From positions 1,024,001 through 1,088,000 of the forward strand of contig CAXXLQ010000004.1 of NCBI GenBank assembly GCA_963668695.2: a stretch of DNA of 64,000 nt. The letters run 5' to 3'. Position 1 is the stretch's first letter. Each line of letters begins with the position of its first letter. Below, one piece after another: positions 60,753-64,000 of the stretch. A model generated the notes under the pieces. The model was not told the origin of the DNA. It was given only the letters and a program-made list of their open reading frames with translations, and made no database searches. The position numbers were made by a program, and so were the translations under genes. This DNA is from Vicinamibacteria bacterium (GTDB lineage: Bacteria; Acidobacteriota; Vicinamibacteria; Marinacidobacterales; Marinacidobacteraceae).

Positions 60753-62315
60753 CTACGCAGTGACCGGCTCTCGGGCCTCGGCGCCCGCTCGTACGGCCGC
60801 ACCACTGGCGCGGAAGACATCGCGTTTGAACTCCGCGATCGCATCCCGGAGCGCCGCCGTGAGGGAATCGGCGAGTTTTCGCTCGTCGCGGATGCGGGCG
60901 AGCGTGCCCGGATGACGGGTCTCAAGGAACTCATCCAGCCCCTTTTCGAATGTCCGGCAGTCGGCGGGGGGCAGATCGTCCAGAAAGCCCTCGTTCGCCG
61001 CGAAGATGATCGCTACCTGTTTTTCGACCGGCAGGGGCTCGTACTGATTCTGCTTGAGGACTTCGGTCAGGCGCTCTCCCTTGGCCAACTGGGCCTGGGT
61101 GGCCTTGTCGAGATCCGAACCAAACTGGGCGAAAGCGGCCATCTCCCGGTACTGGGCCAGCTGCAAGCGCATGGTGCCGGCCACCTGGCGCATCGCCCGG
61201 ATCTGGGCCGAACCTCCCACCCGGCTCACCGAGTTGCCGACGTTGATGGCTGGCCGGATTCCGGCGTTGAACAGATCGCCTTCCAGATAGATCTGTCCAT
61301 CGGTGATCGAAATCACATTCGTCGGCACATAGGCCGACAGGTCACCCGCCTGGGTCTCGATGAAGGGGAATGCCGTAAGAGAACCGGCTCCCTCCTTGTC
61401 GGAGAGCTTCGCGGCACGCTCAAGCAGCCGCGAATGGAGATAGAAGACGTCGCCGGGGTATGCCTCCCGGCCGGGCGGCCGCCGCAGGAGCAACGAGATT
61501 TCGCGATACGCGGCAGCGTGCTTGGAGAGATCGTCGTAGACGCAGAGGGCGTGACCCCCGCGATCCATGAAGAACTCACCCATGGCGCACCCTGAATAGG
61601 GCGCGAGGTACTGGAGCGGGGCCGGTTCGGACGCCGCTGCGGAGACGATGATCGTGTGGTCGAGCGCCCCGTGGTCTTCCAGGGTGCGAACCACCTGTGC
61701 CACCGTCGAGAGCTTCTGGCCGACCGCGACGTACACGCAGACGACCCCCGTATCCCGCTGGTTGATGATCGCGTCCACCGCGATCGCCGTCTTGCCCGTC
61801 TGACGGTCCCCAATAATCAGTTCGCGTTGTCCGCGGCCAATGGGGATCATGGCGTCCACGGCCTTGATCCCGGTTTGGAGCGGCTCCTTGACCGGCTGCC
61901 TCGCGACGATTCCGGGAGCAATTCGCTCCACGGCGCCGGTTTCGGTCGTGTCGATCGGTCCCTTGCCGTCGAGCGGGCGCCCCAGCGCATCGACCACGCG
62001 GCCCTTCATGGCCTCACCCACGGGCACCTCGAGAATCCGTCGCGTCCGCTTCGCCGTGTCACCTTCCTTGATCGAGGTGACATTGCCGAAGAGGACGAGT
62101 CCTACTGACGTTTCTTCGAGGTTCAGCGCAAGTCCGAAGACGTCGTTGGGCAGTGCCACAAGTTCGCCGTACATGACCCGTTCCAGGCCATGCACGCGGG
62201 CGATCCCGTCACCGGATGAGACGACGGTTCCAACTTCCGCGACGTCCACGCCGGTTTGGTGGCCGGCGATCTGTTCCCGCAGCAGGGCGGCGATTTCGTC
62301 TGCTCGAATTCTCAT
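60753..62315 (-). CDS. atpA: ATP synthase F1 alpha
   Basis: GDRQTGKT and [15 protein letters not shown]. Confidence 0.98.
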   Translation of the reverse strand: MRIRADEIAALLREQIAGHQTGVDVAEVGTVVSSGDGIARVHGLERVMYGELVALPNDVFGLALNLEETSVGLVLFGNVTSIKEGDTAKRTRRILEVPVGEAMKGRVVDALGRPLDGKGPIDTTETGAVERIAPGIVARQPVKEPLQTGIKAVDAMIPIGRGQRELIIGDRQTGKTAIAVDAIINQRDTGVVCVYVAVGQKLSTVAQVVRTLEDHGALDHTIIVSAAASEPAPLQYLAPYSGCAMGEFFMDRGGHALCVYDDLSKHAAAYREISLLLRRPPGREAYPGDVFYLHSRLLERAAKLSDKEGAGSLTAFPFIETQAGDLSAYVPTNVISITDGQIYLEGDLFNAGIRPAINVGNSVSRVGGSAQIRAMRQVAGTMRLQLAQYREMAAFAQFGSDLDKATQAQLAKGERLTEVLKQNQYEPLPVEKQVAIIFAANEGFLDDLPPADCRTFEKGLDEFLETRHPGTLARIRDERKLADSLTAALRDAIAEFKRDVFRASGAAVRAGAEAREPVTA

Positions 62316-62358
62316 TGATGTTCCTGTAACTCGTTGACTTGCGGCTACTTAATGTAAA

Positions 62359-62907
62359 TCAAGCTCCGTATTTTTCCTCGAATCGGGAAAGCTGACGACT
62401 GACGCTGCCATCGTAGATGCGATTCCCGATGCGCATGACGAATCCGCCCAGCAACTCCGGGTCCTCCCGGAAGTGAAGCCGGGGAGTGCCGGAATAGGCC
62501 GACTTGAGAGCCTCCCGAAGACTCGCGCGGTCGCGTTCGTCGAGCGGCCGGGCGGACACCACATCCGCCTCGACGATTCCCCGATGCTCATCCAGCACCG
62601 CCCGGAACGCAGCTGCCGTTTCCACGAAGTGCTCCGACCGTTCCCGGGCCACCATGACCGCGGCGAAACGTCCGAGCCGGGAGCCGGGCAGGATCCGATC
62701 GGCGACTGTCTCGGCCAGCCCGGACCGCCGCGGCCGCGGGATCGCCGGCGATGACAGCGCCTCGCGGAGATCCGGAGAGCTCTTGAGCAACGCCGCGAAT
62801 TCATCCAAACCCGCTCCCAGCCGCTCCAGGCTTTCCTCGCCATCCCCGCCGACGACGGCGGTGTCCAGGAGAACGCGCGCGTAATGGCGGGCTACTTCAT
62901 TCGGCAC
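62359..62907 (-). CDS. atpH: ATP synthase F1 delta
   Basis: VARHYA, DPELLGG and YDGSV. Confidence 0.93.
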   Translation of the reverse strand: MPNEVARHYARVLLDTAVVGGDGEESLERLGAGLDEFAALLKSSPDLREALSSPAIPRPRRSGLAETVADRILPGSRLGRFAAVMVARERSEHFVETAAAFRAVLDEHRGIVEADVVSARPLDERDRASLREALKSAYSGTPRLHFREDPELLGGFVMRIGNRIYDGSVSRQLSRFEEKYGA

Positions 62908-62920
62908 TTCAGCTCCCGGC

Positions 62921-63529
62921 TCAATCGCGGCGAATCGCGGTAATCCCGGCGTCCATCAAACGCTGATGGTCCTCGTCGGACATGGTGTCCCGAAGCCGCC
63001 CCCTCGCAATCTGAACCGCCGCCCGCGCCGCTCCGGCTGCAAGGCGGCGTTCTGCAATCCGTACTTCCTTGTTCAACTCGGCCTGAGCCGCGGCGCTGAT
63101 CTTCTTGGCCTGTTCTTCCGCCGCCGCCACGATCCGGCGACCCTCGGCGCTCGCGGCATCCGCAATGCGCGCCCGGGCCGCCTGCACCTCATCCTCGAGT
63201 TCTGCTGATCGCTGAGCCGCTCTTTCCGCCGCGCGAGCCGCTTCCTCGCGGTTTGACCGGGCCTCGGAAAGCTGCTCCCGAATCTGGAGGGCTCGGGCCT
63301 CGAGGTAGGCGGCGAGTGGTTTCCGGAGGGCGAGGACGAGGATGGTCGCGAGAATGGTGAAGTTGACGATCTTCGGCAGGTTTGAGGCCGATCCCTCTTC
63401 GGCAGCAAGCGCCGGCGACGCCATGACGCCCAGGAAGAGGGTGACGCACGCGACCAACACCGCGCGTCGCGGCAGCCGGATCCGCATGGCTCTTCCTCTG
63501 CGAAATTCGTTCCGGCGGCGGGGCTTCAT
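62921..63529 (-). CDS. atpF: ATP synthase Fo subunit b
   Basis: KIVNF TM segment followed by a coiled coil; operon position. Confidence 0.85.
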   Translation of the reverse strand: MKPRRRNEFRRGRAMRIRLPRRAVLVACVTLFLGVMASPALAAEEGSASNLPKIVNFTILATILVLALRKPLAAYLEARALQIREQLSEARSNREEAARAAERAAQRSAELEDEVQAARARIADAASAEGRRIVAAAEEQAKKISAAAQAELNKEVRIAERRLAAGAARAAVQIARGRLRDTMSDEDHQRLMDAGITAIRRD

Positions 63530-63954
63530 GAGGCGCGGCGAAGGATCCTTGCTGCAAGATCGCTCGCCAGACCGTGTGCGGTTCGTTCGAGTTCGGCTTC
63601 GGCGCGAAGGGTCTGCTCCCGGAGCGACTCCTTGCCCGCTGCCAAGGTCGCCGCAGCCTGGTCGCGCGCCACCAGAAGGGTTGCCTCGGCGCGCTCACCG
63701 GCTTCCCGGCGTATCCGGTCCATCTCCCGGTAGCCATCCTCGCGTACGGCGGCGACCGCGTCGGTTACCCGAGCCTCGGCGGCGGCGATCTCGGCTGCTC
63801 CCTGATTCCGCCCCTGCCGGGCTTCGCCGACTTCTTTTTCCCGCGCTTCCATCGCGCGCGCCAACGGCTCGAAGAACTGAGTCTTCAGAATCAGCGTCAG
63901 ACACACCACGATCGCTGACACGATCAGGGCGGTCAAGTCAGGAATGATCGTCAC
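63526..63954 (-). CDS. atpF2: ATP synthase Fo subunit b'
   Basis: IPD-TM-FFEPL...R followed by a coiled coil; operon position. Confidence 0.82.
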   Translation of the reverse strand: MTIIPDLTALIVSAIVVCLTLILKTQFFEPLARAMEAREKEVGEARQGRNQGAAEIAAAEARVTDAVAAVREDGYREMDRIRREAGERAEATLLVARDQAAATLAAGKESLREQTLRAEAELERTAHGLASDLAARILRRAS

Positions 63955-64000
63955 GAAACCTACCGTCTGAGGAACGCAAGGTAAACGGGCCGCCCCACCA

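Overview
High-GC bacterial chromosomal window, probably Acidobacteriota (inferred from the split F1Fo atp operon with b/b' and no a/c subunits here, the amidase-GerMN-rph-rdgB-tRNA block and an elb-type lipid cluster). Housekeeping content: thiI, five tRNAs, rph, rdgB, amidase, ino1, fabH and atpF2-F-H-A-G-D-C. Accessory content: (1) two tandem arrays of exported paralogues that keep a constant scaffold but carry unrelated variable loops (450-3543 and 54775-56367); (2) a LysW amino-group-carrier operon lacking LysK, with an N-terminal-Cys Ntn hydrolase inside it; (3) an ElbB/C/D/E-like ether-lipid cluster; (4) an ArsS radical SAM gene with its CMD partner and a coupled dehydrogenase; (5) a three-gene exported operon with two Tat substrates; (6) a collapsed type I R-M remnant next to an intact RES toxin-antitoxin pair; (7) nine copies of a ~185-bp palindromic MITE whose ends and stems co-vary, with 14 copies of a 19-nt micro-repeat inserted at several distinct internal sites. 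All calls come from reading motifs by eye; no database search was run and many start codons are estimates.
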